DNA of 64,000 nucleotides, taken from contig OZ260665.1 of NCBI GenBank assembly GCA_965285935.1, positions 53,258,001-53,322,000 of the forward strand. The letters are read 5' to 3'. Below, piece by piece: positions 38,801 to 51,355 of this stretch. Source of the DNA: Ophelia neglecta. Lineage: Eukaryota. How positions within the stretch are numbered: the stretch's first letter is position 1; every line of letters begins with the position of its first letter. A model generated the notes under the pieces. That model did no database searches and had not been told where the DNA came from. It worked only from the letters and a program-made list of their open reading frames with translations. Both the position numbers and the translations under genes were made by a program.

Positions 38801-41800
38801 CTTCGGTAAGAATGGGGATTAGCTTTGTTTGGGTTTTTGCTGCTTACGACATTTGGTAACATTCACTTGTCTGCTGGAAAAGGATCAATAGGAAATTGCG
38901 CTATTAAAAAATCTCAAGACAGAATCGAAGTATGTGAGCGAAATGTGCTTGAAAACAAGCAGCTTGTCACTCGATTTGTCAGATAACCATACTTGAATAC
39001 TTCACCCTTCAGGATTGACGGGATTCCATGTCTTTATTTTATTGCCTTTCATAACAGATCGCAGTTAGAGGTAACCAATCCTAATGGCCTATGATGACTT
39101 ATGACTGATACTCCGCCTTTCCTGCCTGGATGAAATTTATTAAACGCATCGCCTGGTGAATCATGGGAAACAAATTACACGTAACGCTTCACAGTGCAGA
39201 TAAGTTCCGTATCACGCTCGTGATGCAAACAACGGTCTTCTCGGCGGACGACTTCCATTACATCGTTGGGAGAAGATTGAGCAAACGGTTAGTCGCAAAT
39301 GTAAATTTGTCGAAAGATACACTAAAGTAGTTAAGAAACTGTAACTACATCCCAGGTATGGTAAACGGCCACAATGTTGTTAGAATCAAAGGGCATCATG
39401 AAAGTAACGTGTTTAAAGACGCTTTATTGTGTCGCGCTTTACTTATAGCGTGAAGTTTTTTTTCTTCTTCGATGTACTTATTTATGTCATGATCATGCAA
39501 ATCCAGAGATATCACAGAACGAAAAGCAGTATAGCATTCATAGACACATTTTTTTTAAACAAAACATTATTGAATGCTATATAAACTTTATATGCACGAG
39601 AAACCTTGATACAAAATATTGCGGTTCAAATTAAAACAATTGTACATCTGTATACATCCCCAACATGGCACACAGGTGGATTGAAAGTTGATCTCAGTAA
39701 CTCTCAATGGCAATCATCGTTTTTATGCAAATGTTCTATACATTTCTTAAATTGAAATTCCGCTCCTCATATACCAAACCCTTTTTTACAATCGATGAAT
39801 TTAAGAACTTCCTTACACAACACTGAGTTGCAAACCTTTTAACAAATGAAAACCCATCGATTGACAATAAGAGTCCCACTTTGATATTGTTTTCAAATTG
39901 TGATTCCGTATTCTCCTTGAAGAAAAAGATAAGTATCTTGTAAGTTGATAAAAACCACCAGAAACCCTTCGCCATGTCTCCTCGTATTGAAGAAAAACCT
40001 AGAGGGGCAATTTCAGAAATTACTTAGCTAGAAAATGTGTGCTTGGGAAATGTTAACTTATACTTTGTGGTGTCAGAAGATACCTCTAGCAATTGGGCAG
40101 TCTAATGTGTCTTGCTAAGAGGGAAAGCGTGGCGTGGTCTGAATTCAAAAGTAAGCCAGTGAGTGCAATATCTGCAGGCAAACGAGCTGACTAGGATGCA
40201 TAAGACTAGTCGAATATAAAATAAACTTATTGAAAAATTGCAAGCCACTGCTTTAATGTCGGTGTCTTGACCAGCAAAGTGATTTACCGTATAAGCAGCA
40301 AGTGGGGGGCCCGAGGGGATTTGATCCAACATTCCTTCAAGAGCTTCATCGTTTTATACCATAGTAAGAGGATTGTAATATCAGTCAGCTGATTAAAAGG
40401 TGTAATTCTCTAAAAAGAGAGAATATTCAAAAGGTATTGGCTGTATTTCAATTCACTAATATAATACTGCCCACTGTGAGATGAACAAATGCAGAAACTC
40501 GATTGTCCCATAAACGAATAGTGCTATACGAACTCGAGTAAAGCAGTTATTATGAGTATACGGTTATTATAGGTTATAGTACTTTTTAAACATAGTCCTG
40601 TATAGAATCTTAACACGTAGTCTACACAATGAATAATATTTAAGAATGGCGTAATAATTATATGCTTTATCCCCCTATACATATTTCTTCATTTTTAACA
40701 TTTTGTAATTTTCCTGTTTGTATGGTTGTTTGTTTAGCGCTGCAGAGAGTGGAGGAAATAAAAAACAAATAATAATCAAGTAATAATATTATTATGGTAA
40801 AGCTAGAAATAAATTTGAGCCAAAAGATTTTCGATGCTTGAAGCATGTCTAGCAGTTTGCTGTCATTTTAGGTTTGCATTAGATAAAGTTGTGGTATAAA
40901 TCGGCTTCCATGGCAATGCGTTGATTTTGCATAGGGGCCCTCTCCTCAACAGTATGCTCACTGTGCCTCCTTGGCGTTCTTGTTTGAGAAAGGCCACTTT
41001 TATTCACTCGAAAAGGTCAAAAGATTGTAACAGAAGACATCATAACTTATCGTGTCAATCAATATCAACGCCACTTTAGGATCCATTTTAAGTAGCGACC
41101 ATATCGACCCAGTATCGTCCTGTCCTTCTAACCAAACAATGTGATAGAACTGGGGAATGGCAAACATTTGAAATGTAAAGATATTCCAAAGTTAACATTT
41201 ACTTTCATGGCAGGCAGTATGAACGACAAATGGCCAGACGAGAGCAATCGGAGGCCTTTTTGTGAAAACCAACTCTTTAGAACCAAACATTGTTTGCAAT
41301 ATTGAAAAGGCGAGGGAATTAAATTATGCAGACGTAAACTTTGCATGTGAAAAATGAGGGTCATTTTACAACTAGGTTCAAGACGAACCATGCAAATAAG
41401 TCCCAATCAATCAATAATGATGTTTGGTCCGTTGGTTGAAATAAAGGGAATTCCATGTAATGGATATTTTAAAAATCAAACAAACACACAATATACTGTC
41501 TCCTGTTGTCGGTAAGTGGACATAGTTTATGATTGTTAATGCTAAAGTCGTCATTTTTACTTCTGTTCCCATACGGGTCCTCTGCTAAATCGTGATCCAA
41601 CCGCTATTTATTTTTGAGGTAGATTTCCTTATTTGAGCCTTGATGGGGCATGGACAATTGGTAACCCAGGGATGGAATCTGAGCAGCTGTATATAAATAG
41701 CTAGTGGAAAGTTGGACAAAAGCGCAGCATGACAAGACTATCGATAGTATCCCAAGGCAACAGATATCACCGACTTGGTTGTCTGTTTATTGAAATACTG

Positions 41801-41957
41801 TAAGATCTTATTGTACCGCGAGACATGATTCGACACCACCTGTAATTGATTTCACTCTCGATCATCAAACAGTGATTACTGGTTTCCAATTGAATGATGT
41901 TCATGAATCCCGAGCAGGGGATCAAAATACTGGGAATGTCAGGCCCTGTCAGTCTAA

Positions 41958-42296
41958 GGCAAACAGTTATACTTAAGAAAAGCTCGGGGGAATCAGCTAG
42001 GCATGAGCATTTCCGGTGCAAACAGCTAGGCAAGGAAGACTCGGCGGCAAACAGCTAGGCATGGAAAGCTCTGAGAAATAGCTAAGGTAAAGTAAACTGC
42101 GGTGCAATCATCTAGGGTAAGCAGAGAATCAGGGCAAGCAGCAGCTAGGCAATGGATATCCGCGGCAAAAAAACTAGACTTCAAAAATTCCAGGGCAAAC
42201 AGCTAACCAATAGAAACTCTTGGGTAAACAGCTGGAGATGGAAAACCATGGGCAAACAATAAGGCATGGTGAGCTCCAGGGCAAACAGGGGCAAAT
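41958..42296. repeat. Degenerate ~29-bp minisatellite with conserved core GCAAACAGCTAGGCA
   Basis: About 11 core variants (GCAAACAGCTAGGCA, AATCAGCTAGGCA, GCAGCAGCTAGGCA, GTAAACAGCTGG, GCAAACAATAAGGCA) at roughly 28-32 nt spacing with variable linkers. Confidence 0.75.
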
Positions 42297-44237
42297 ATCT
42301 GCGCGAAATGTACAGGCATAAAAGCTTATTAAATAGATCTTCAAATTTGAAACCTGTATTATATATTTACTCTTTATAAAAGAAAGACAAACATAAATAT
42401 CATATGCATTGGTGGTTATCAAAATTTTCATGTGAAATATGAATGCATCACACATCTATGATCAAACTTCCCTTGTGAGCTAACAACCCTGTAAACCCAT
42501 ACACATCCTTAGCCGGTTTTAGGCTACATTCGAAAAGGTGGGAAACATTATTTTTTGGTAGAATTAGGTTTGTTGCGATCGTTGGACGGAAATCATTGTT
42601 AATTGGCTGGTGCAATAGTGACATACAATGTATTTAATCCACAGAGGGAACTGTCTGCAAAATTATAAACGACTTGAAGCAACGTTAAGTTTGTACCCAG
42701 TTCTTATACTATGTAACAGATGCCAAAATGATATACCTGGGTTAGGTTCATGTGATAAATACCCTGAATGGAGCTGACTCTACTCGACTAAGTATGATCG
42801 ATGACTGAATAAATGCAGTCTGGGGCCTCGGTGTACTCGTGATGGACACCGAGATAATGGTTCTAGCAAGTGTCTTAATTTTCTAAACAGCCTCCAGTTC
42901 ATTTGGCCATGGTGCCCTTTCGAAAACTGAAGAGGTCGGCTAATTGTCCTCGTCTTAGGCAGGCCCAAGAGGACATATATGACAACATTAGTATTGGAAA
43001 ACTCGACAATAATCTTGCGGATAGGCTCTATTTGTCCTACGAAAACACTGCGAAGTAATGGGACTGATTTTTTCCTTGAAACCCATATCTCACGTTTCTT
43101 TCTACCCCACCTCTTAGACCATGGAATGTTTGTGTTTCTATGTATTTCAGTCACGAAGGTGTATATTATTGAAATCAAGTAGGGTGCATAGCCCGGCTAT
43201 GAAACTTTTTTTTCAATAGACAACCCGACAATTACCAGTACATCTAATTTGACAGCGCGAATTTCGTCGATTCTCTGATGCATGAGACGCTGTGGTACCT
43301 ATATCTGGGTGTCCCTGGAACTCTCTAGAACCAACAAAAATGGCTTCCAACAATATTAACAAACGACACTACTATGTTCGAGGCCGATAGAATTCTGCAC
43401 TTAGGGCAACAACACATAATTTTTGAAATATCATTCAGTCACTTTTCTGCTTTGTTTGGAATAGCTCCCTGACTGTCCCTCTCAAGTCATACGTCTGGTG
43501 GGGTCTCGAAGTTAACATTAATTTGGCAAAAAGCAGATAGCAAAGGCCCTCAATAATAATAGCAAATAAACAGAACTGAGTTAATAACATTATTTCGGTG
43601 TATAGTTCGTCTGTGATTTACCGGTGGTGTTAATCCGATTACTTACAAAACCGCTGCATTCCTTAAGCTGTCGTTTAACTCAGAAATAATCGGGAGCAAA
43701 ATCATTGATGGTAAGGGATTGCTCAGAAAAAAGGGACTCGAATGAATTTGAATATATCAGACATAATATTTAGCTCGCTTATCCTCTGGGCCAATGTGAT
43801 TTTTTCCGGTTAGCCCTGAATTTCAGGTTTGTAGTCCCGTTTGCATTAGGAAGAGTACTTTAAGTAAACGATAAGAATATGATAGACATTAAAAGGACAA
43901 ATATACCTTACTGAATCATATTGATAAAGATACAAGGCGGAGCAGCCAAGATTTCCCAACAACAAATAATGCACCTGGAACTGATCTCAGCTGCCAAATG
44001 ATTGCTTTAGAGTAAGAGTGTACATGCCATGGACGTGGCACCGCCAAGAATTATCGCTAAATTTTATATTAGAAGCGCATAAAACTGTATACACGTTTTT
44101 ATTTCATTTGCGCATGTGGAATGCATCACAACCATAGAGTGTAAAAGAGGGCAATCAACACACTTTCGAGGCAAATATAACAATAATATGATGAGACCCA
44201 TCCGCAATTGATAATTAAATGGAAACATTAATATCAT

Positions 44238-45385
44238 CGTGGTGTTTGTATTAGGAACAGAGGTACCTGTTTTTATACTGCTTTAAATGTTTCAGTAGTA
44301 ACGATGATTCAGAAAGTAGTTATGTGTTAATTTACTCAATGACACGCTGTTTTGCTACCTTGCTTATTTTGTGCGCAATGTTAATTGAATTTAAGATAAA
44401 GATAAATAATAATTAAAAGCCTCGGGGCGGATCCAGGGGGGGGGGGCAGGGGCCTGCCCCCCCCCACCCACAATCCACAATTTTTTTTATTACTCTGAAC
44501 AAGCCCATCTAGGCGCCAAAAACATGGCAACTAGATGCATGTATGTACCCACCCCAGCTTCTGCCCCCCCCCCCCCCCCCCGCTTTTCAATTCCTACACA
44601 TGGAGTGGGCCCCTCCCTGGAAATTCCTGGATCCGCCCCTGAAGCCAGTCCTTAACTTGCACAAAATAAAAGAAGGTGTCCAGTAAAAATAAAATAAATA
44701 AGAAGGCGATCTATAAAGGCCTATATATTCATATTTATTCTTGTCGAATAATTGAACAACAGTATTATGAAGCCACAAAGTTGATTCTTAAATGCGACCG
44801 CCATATGACCAGATTCCGGTTGGATTGAACTATATTACACCCGTCATGGACTTAATTTCGGTTAATTGAAGTTGGGGAATATTAAGATCAACCTGTTCAA
44901 TTGGCACTAACAAAAATAGGAAAATGCCTTAATCCACAATTCATTTTCAAATCGAATTATATTTAAGGGGAGTTATAAGGAACAGAAATATATATTTTAT
45001 TCCTCTGAATTTTTCCAGTAGCAACAACGATTTTAAATACAGTATTCTTGGTGACGTTATACTATGAACGTACTATATGTCTTAGAAACAGAATAATCTG
45101 TTTTATACTGATTTATATATTTTTTAGTTGTTAAGATGACTTTTAAAAAGTATTTCTCTTTTAATGACTTGGTATTTAAATACGTTATTATGAAGGTGGT
45201 GTGTGTTTAGGAACAGAAGTATCTGTTTTAAACTGCTTTTTATTTTTTCAGTAATAACGATGATAAAAAAAATAGTTCAGCGTTATCGATGATGCGCTAA
45301 GAACGTGGTGTTTGTTCAGGAACAGAGGTATCTGTTTTATAATGCTTTATAGGTTTCAGTAGTAACAACAATTTAAAAAGTATAG
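44238..45385. repeat. Degenerate ~110-bp repeat: one copy at 44238 plus four tandem copies at about 44975-45385
   Basis: Shared GTGGTGTTTG..TAGGAACAGA.GTATCTGTTTTATACTG.TTT...TTTCAGTAGTAAC.A.GAT motif. Confidence 0.7.
44422..44641. mobile_element. MITE with GGGGCGGATCCAGG terminal inverted repeats (probably hAT-derived)
   Basis: GGGGCGGATCCAGG at 44424 and CCTGGATCCGCCCCTG ending at 44641; internal G/C runs; AAGCC on both flanks as a partial TSD. Confidence 0.75.
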
Positions 45386-48300
45386 GCCTACCGCTGTTTG
45401 TATACTTTGTTATACAATCTATTTTGCATTTTGTTTATTATTACAAATTTATCGTGTGAAAAATATTGTCGAGCACGTTTATTATCAAACTGATAAGCAG
45501 AATAATGTTCTACTTTCAGAGGTATCTGAACTAGGGCGTTATCTGGGTCGCAATAATTCCCATGCATTTAACTCCATCGGATCCATGAATATACTATTAA
45601 AGGCATCCAATAAATATACGTCCTTATCTACTGCGGTGGGCATCAATGCTACCTACTTTAGAATGATCTTGGACTTTACCTTCAATGTGGTATTTTAGCA
45701 CTGTAAGTGTAGCTTCCATTTGCGTGATATGTGCCCAAAATAATCTTCGCTATTGCGGCTTTGGTGATGTCCTTTAGTCAGTCAATAAATAATGATAGTT
45801 AAGGCGTAAGTGTGCCTACTCTTATGACTGCACAGCCTGACTTTTTATTACTATTTTTTAAACTGTGCATAGATGAAAAGGTCTGTGTGCCTACATATTT
45901 TGTATAAAAAAAACGACCAGGCTGGTGACTACAGTCACAGGAGAAGCGAACTATTAACTTAAAAATATCGCGTGAAAAAGTGCCATTTAAATGTAAACTA
46001 TCTTGTTAGTGCATTAAGCCTACTAACGGCAAAGATATTACCTCCTTAAAACCTGCAATTGACATGACATGACAGAAAGGACCATGACAGAAAGATCTAT
46101 TGAGTTAGAATCAGGTCTGAACTGGTCAAGCTTGTAAACGTCTAACGCATATTATCATTTTAGACTACATCATTTGGCCCGCGTTAGCTAAAGAAAGGTT
46201 AAAAAAGGTCGAAAAAAATAATATCAATTGAAATGATTGAAATCACAAGTCTAATATTAAAGGCGTTGATTAATGTTGACAAATATTTTGATCGGAATTC
46301 ATTACTTACACCCCGCTAGAAGTGTTGAATTCAATACGCCTATCACCTATACAAGGCGTTGAGTATTTCTAGAACGTACGATTAGCGTGTCAATGACAAA
46401 TACAAACAACGCATTCTATCAAAATGGCCATGATCCGTGTTTAGTTTTATAAACAGGTTTTCTGAAACCAATACTTAAGATGATAACATGCTTTGGTCGA
46501 ATAACAAATAGGATTGATATTGTATACAAATGAATAAGGTATAGAGTTCTGCTATAACATGCAATAGGCCGATATTGATACAATAGCTTTGGATTGCCAA
46601 ATTGGTTGTTATAGGGCACAAGTATAATTACCTTCTCATAATTCATGCCTAGGTGCTGCGTTAAGATTGCTAGAGCTTTAAAGTTAGTGTAACTTTAGTC
46701 ATAAATAAGTGGGCACCTAATTTATGTTATAGATTCTTGCGTAGATTACACATGGTTTGTTCTTGATAAAACTACGCCCATTAAAATTGAGGTTTTTGAT
46801 TTAAATGAAAAAACAAGGGGTCTGGAGATAATCGTACGTTACCCAAAGACAGATGCTCTATAGATGTGCAAATCGGTAGTGAAATATATATGTAGACGAG
46901 GGATGTTTTTATTTATTTTGGAGTCCATCGAAAGTATATGCTCTTTTCAATCCAGAAAATATGTTCTTGTGGGATTAAACAGAATAATTGATCGTATTGA
47001 TGAGCGGGAACCTTTATGCATTATTAAATTAAAACATGAACCAGTGCCACCCTAAATGAGTATCGGATTTTAATGGATAGTTTCTTTACCGAAAATAACT
47101 TGCATCATGCGGTTTATGCATGAGGTAACCTCGATCCCAACCAATTTTTTTATTAGAACCTGTCTCTACTCGTGATTTTTTTGAGCTATACATAGAAAGT
47201 TCGGTCTATTATGAGTCACCATGGTGTGAAAACTTATAGTTTCTTTTGTAAACGATCATAACTTTCCCCCGGATCTATATGTGCAGTCTCTTGATAATTA
47301 TCCAAACTCATTCGATTACAACATGCACCTTACTTCATAATTATAGCACTGACAAAACACTTAAATATTACATGGCACTGAGAAAACACGAGAAAGCTTC
47401 AGGAAAGTAAACACATTTATAACAATGACCATAATGTACACCAGATTTCTGTCTTTAGGCAAACCCATGACTTGTTTTCAATGTAAAGTCCATATCGCAG
47501 TCAACCGAAAGCAATTAAAGTGTTGACAGTTATTCCTGAAACCTTCGGTAAAAGAAAGTGTAAATATCATTGAAATAACAAATGCATCTCGGAGTTAAAG
47601 TAGCATTTGGCCATTTTTCCACAGTATATTTATCAGTATTAGCAATAAGTGTAGACTAAGTATGTATGCATAAAAATTCTATCCTCAAAGTCTGGCAATT
47701 AAGCAGAAATTTCGCACCATGCGACCGGTTTTTGCCATTAACATGTCTCATGCTCGTCTTAAAGTTCTTTCTTATTATCTGTAGCAATTGTCAAATATTC
47801 ATGCTAAGGCATGTTTTATTACACTTTTGAAACGGCGCTTGTTTTTATTACAAGACCTGTTTTACCAAATTTGTTATCAATATTAAAGCATGTCAATTTC
47901 TGAAGGGTAAAAGATTCACAGGCGTAAAAGAATATTCCCCGGTACACAATCTTTCTACGACGCAAAAACACATCTATGTGCTGCTAGCATTCTTCTTAAA
48001 TCAAAAGGACATTCTTATAGCCTTGTCCCATCACATCCGTTGCGCACATTCTTTGTAGAGGTGCCACCACAAAACATATGTCATGTGATCAAACGCTTGT
48101 CTGCTATTTCGCGCACACTAGCTTGTTCCGCATGCATGAATTTTCTCAATAGTCGCCAGACCGGGTTCAAAGAAAAGCACTGAATACTGCAAATGCCGTG
48201 AAAACAAAGAATCTTGTTTACAGGGATGCGAAAAAATAAGAATTTTAGCGGCACTTTGGGTTTTTTCTGTGTGCTTTTTGGTACTCTGCCCGAGATACCT

Positions 48301-49432
48301 GGCAAAAGGATTCACTGCTTATAACTTTATGTCTTGAAGAAGTAGATTTGGCTTGCTTGTCAGGCCATAATAACAGACCCAGGGGCTAAGTTTTATATGA
48401 AGGAAAACATACCCTTATAGAGTCCTTCTAATGTCACTCGGTACAAATAATGTTCAGTCTGTCGTTTAAGATATATACACATCCGTTCGCAGTGTGAAAA
48501 ACTAGATTTTCTTGACTTCACATTCCTACAGTCTTTGACATTTCAGACAAGAATTCAATTTCAAATTATTAATTCAGTGATCAATTGAAGAAAGCTTCGC
48601 CTGGTCGCAACTGTTTGCCCACCCCTAATTCACGTCACCCATAAAGACACACCTTTGGAATCAATGGCAAGCAGACATGTTTTTGTGCAGTATTTCATTA
48701 GTGCAACTTAGTCTATTATTTCATTTTTATCATATTTCATTCCAAGAGTCAAACATGGCCAAAAAGCTGTTCCATATAGAAACAGGCGGAAGAAGTATTC
48801 CTAAGTAGGCATATACTAACTTACCGATTTTAATGAAAAGCAGTAAAAAAAATTCAATGAACTGGACAAGACATACGAGTAAATCGTCAATGCAAGATGA
48901 TATTTGTACGAAAAAATGTATGCAAGCTTATTATAATATCTGGATGATGGATTACCAGATCTCGTGTTTAGCATTATTGCTGAAAGCTCTTTTGGCTCCA
49001 GACACAACCAAGAGACTTTCCAAACAATGGGAACCTTCACCGTAAATAACGATGTTTAGAATAATCACAACATGTTGAATTCGACGGTGTTTAGTCTGAT
49101 GACCAGTTTGAGAGATAATGACATGTGTTGCCCCGAGAAACGTAGACATCCTCCCACCGGGTTTACGATCCATTGATATATGGAAAGTACGTTAGGTGAC
49201 CTTTCATATTAGGCCTACGTGCATGTCATGTTACTTGTTGCATCCTACTAAAAAACGGTAGAGCCCCCACGGGTTATTGTCTCTTAGGTAAAATAGACAT
49301 AAACAACATAAGCCGAAATAAAGGCATAGGCAATGGATTTTATCTGTTTCGAATTACTGTTTGGTTAGTACGCTTTAGGGATAAAAAGATTTGTCATTTA
49401 CCCACTATGTATAATCATACATGTACTATATA

Positions 49433-49609
49433 TAGTGAAACCTGCCTTTAAGACCACCTCTATAAGCAGACCACCTGTCAATTCAGACCACTACTATGAA
49501 GACCATGCTGTATAATTTCTATGTTAAATAGCCTGTCTAAACAGACCAATTCTGATATAGGCAAGCAATATCCAGTCCCTTTGGTGGTCTTAATTCACAG
49601 GTTTAACTG
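49433..49609 (+). mobile_element. Tc1/mariner (pogo/Tigger-like) MITE, copy 2
   Basis: TA|TAGTGAAACCTG ... CAGGTTTAACTG|TA with TA target duplication; homologous to 7145-7323. Confidence 0.85.
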
Positions 49610-50490
49610 TACATAAGTATTTAGTGCCCTTGTTGGTCACTAGGTCACATATACGTATCAGGACTTTTCTAGCTTAATGCGACGCGTGTTCACCATTTTT
49701 TTTTATAAACGAAGTTTAAAGAATAAGGGAATATGCATTTCAGCAATTTTGATTGTGTGTCGGCAGAATACAAATGTATGAATTATATCAAAGGTTGCTT
49801 CTGCTTCTCAAAACAATAGGGCCAGTCAAATAATTATCGTACTATTCGTGGAATTTCTTTGCGCTTATTGCCATACAAACATTAGACTCATGTTTTTATG
49901 GAAACTTGTGATCACTTTTCCCAAAGCAAGAATGAATAGTATTAAAGATTGACAAGGCGGGCATGTAAACTGACAAAAGTAAGAACACGTGTGAACTTAC
50001 AATACATATTCATTGTTCATTAGCAAATTATGGCCGTTTTTTGGTGAACAGCTGGTAGGATCGACTATTTTCTTGGATGTGCTAATGAAAAGGTTTATAT
50101 ATAAACAACTATTGCCTGTTTGGGAAAGATACCTGAATTTAAATTCATTGCCTGTAGGATTTTAAGTAAAAAAAATCAACTGTAAGCCCTAACGTCAGAT
50201 GATTGCTAATCATGTGAAGTAGAATATGATATGCGAAGCGTATCTCATTAGGAAAATCGCATCTACGTGGTTGTACCACAGATAACGTGTTGTTTTCTAA
50301 TAGTTGACGGAGCTCTCAACTGACGCGTGATTCGCAAATACCCCGAATGTGATCATATTGAGATCCTTTGCCAAACCGTCTGTGTGTGTTTCTTAATAAG
50401 TCCCTATTGATAAATTGCAGATGTCTGACACAGGCTTAACAATAACCTTTATTACGATATATACAACTGGCGTTCCCCATACAGCCAACG

Positions 50491-50512
50491 CCCCCCCCCC
50501 CCCCCCCCCCCC
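50491..50512. repeat. C22 homopolymer about 720 bp upstream of the NNMT-like start
   Basis: 22 consecutive C. Confidence 0.9.
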
Positions 50513-51207
50513 TTCAACACAGCCGCAAATACAGACTGTGTGGATTTGACGCAGAAAATAATCTCTGAGAAAATAATGCCTAATCCAATGATTGCAACCG
50601 GCAGTAAAACATCGTAGACACACGAAACCAACGGCAAAACAACCCTAACGTTAAGGATAAACCCAGCAGCCATACAGAATGATAGCTTTTCAGGAGTCGC
50701 CCGTATTTCAGGAGGACAAAATATCAGCTTGTAGGAAGTATATGAAGAAACAAAATATGTGTGAAGAATGCCCCAATTTGTCTAATGTACTGGACAGACA
50801 TTAATAGCTCTTAATAATCTGATAACTATCATGCCATTCACTTATCATAGGAACAGCCCTAACTTGGGGAAATTATTGCCGTCCACCCAATTTATGTGCA
50901 TAGCGAGACCGCTACCACCACCACGCTGTGCAGCACGGCACTCATAGATACACGTCCGGACCAAATGTGGTCGAGTTTTGTTCAGATCTCTTTTAACAGC
51001 CGGCTTTTTCCCAGATCAGGAGTAACGTTAGTCAACACATCGCTTCGGACGTTTTTTAACACTCTTACCGCTTATAACCTATCAGAACCATATAGCCTAG
51101 TGGTTGGGTGGTGCATTGCGCACTGTATTCTGACAGTTGGATACATTGACATATAAGTGAGGTTTGCGGCTTTTACACCGTAGACTAACACTAGATAGGC
51201 CAGGGCC

Positions 51208-51231
51208 ATGCCGCGTATCCCGGCCCCGTAA
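51208..51231 (+). promoter_or_regulatory. Upstream ORF MPRIPAP*, in frame with the NNMT-like ATG and ending 3 nt before it
   Basis: GCC ATG CCG CGT ATC CCG GCC CCG TAA GAC ATG GCC; G at -3 for the uATG. Confidence 0.55.
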
Positions 51232-51234
51232 GAC

Positions 51235-51355
51235 ATGGCCTTACACCCCGGGAAGAATGGGGTAGCAACGCCCCTGTCGCGGTCCGTGGCCGGCCCCACG
51301 GAGGGGGACTTCCTGCAAAATGCCCTGGGCATGCTGCATAACACCTTCTCGTCAG
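51235..51355 (+). CDS. NNMT/PNMT/TEMT-family methyltransferase-like gene, first coding exon (MALHPGKNGVATPLSRSVAGPTEGDFLQNALGMLHNTFSS-G)
   Basis: GC-rich exon with GACATGG start and strong donor CAG|GTAAG after 51355 (phase 1). FLQNALGMLHNTFSSG aligns with NNMT ILKHLLKNLFKIFCLDG and joins in frame to the exon at 62819. Confidence 0.78.

Noticed and set aside
42780-43178. 132-aa - strand ORF, possibly a LINE ORF1 relic (RKIIVEFSN)
   Set aside because: Only one short motif resembles the RPIIVKF signature; insufficient without a profile search.
50452-50673. Hydrophobic - strand ORF MAAGFILNVRVVLPLVSC... as a membrane protein
   Set aside because: Runs through the C22 homopolymer (poly-Gly), shows no family motif or clear exon boundaries, and hydrophobicity follows from T-richness.
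51072-51344. - strand ORF overlapping the NNMT-like exon (also 62815-63006)
   Set aside because: Antisense shadows of GC-rich coding exons; the + strand has the splice signals and the homology.
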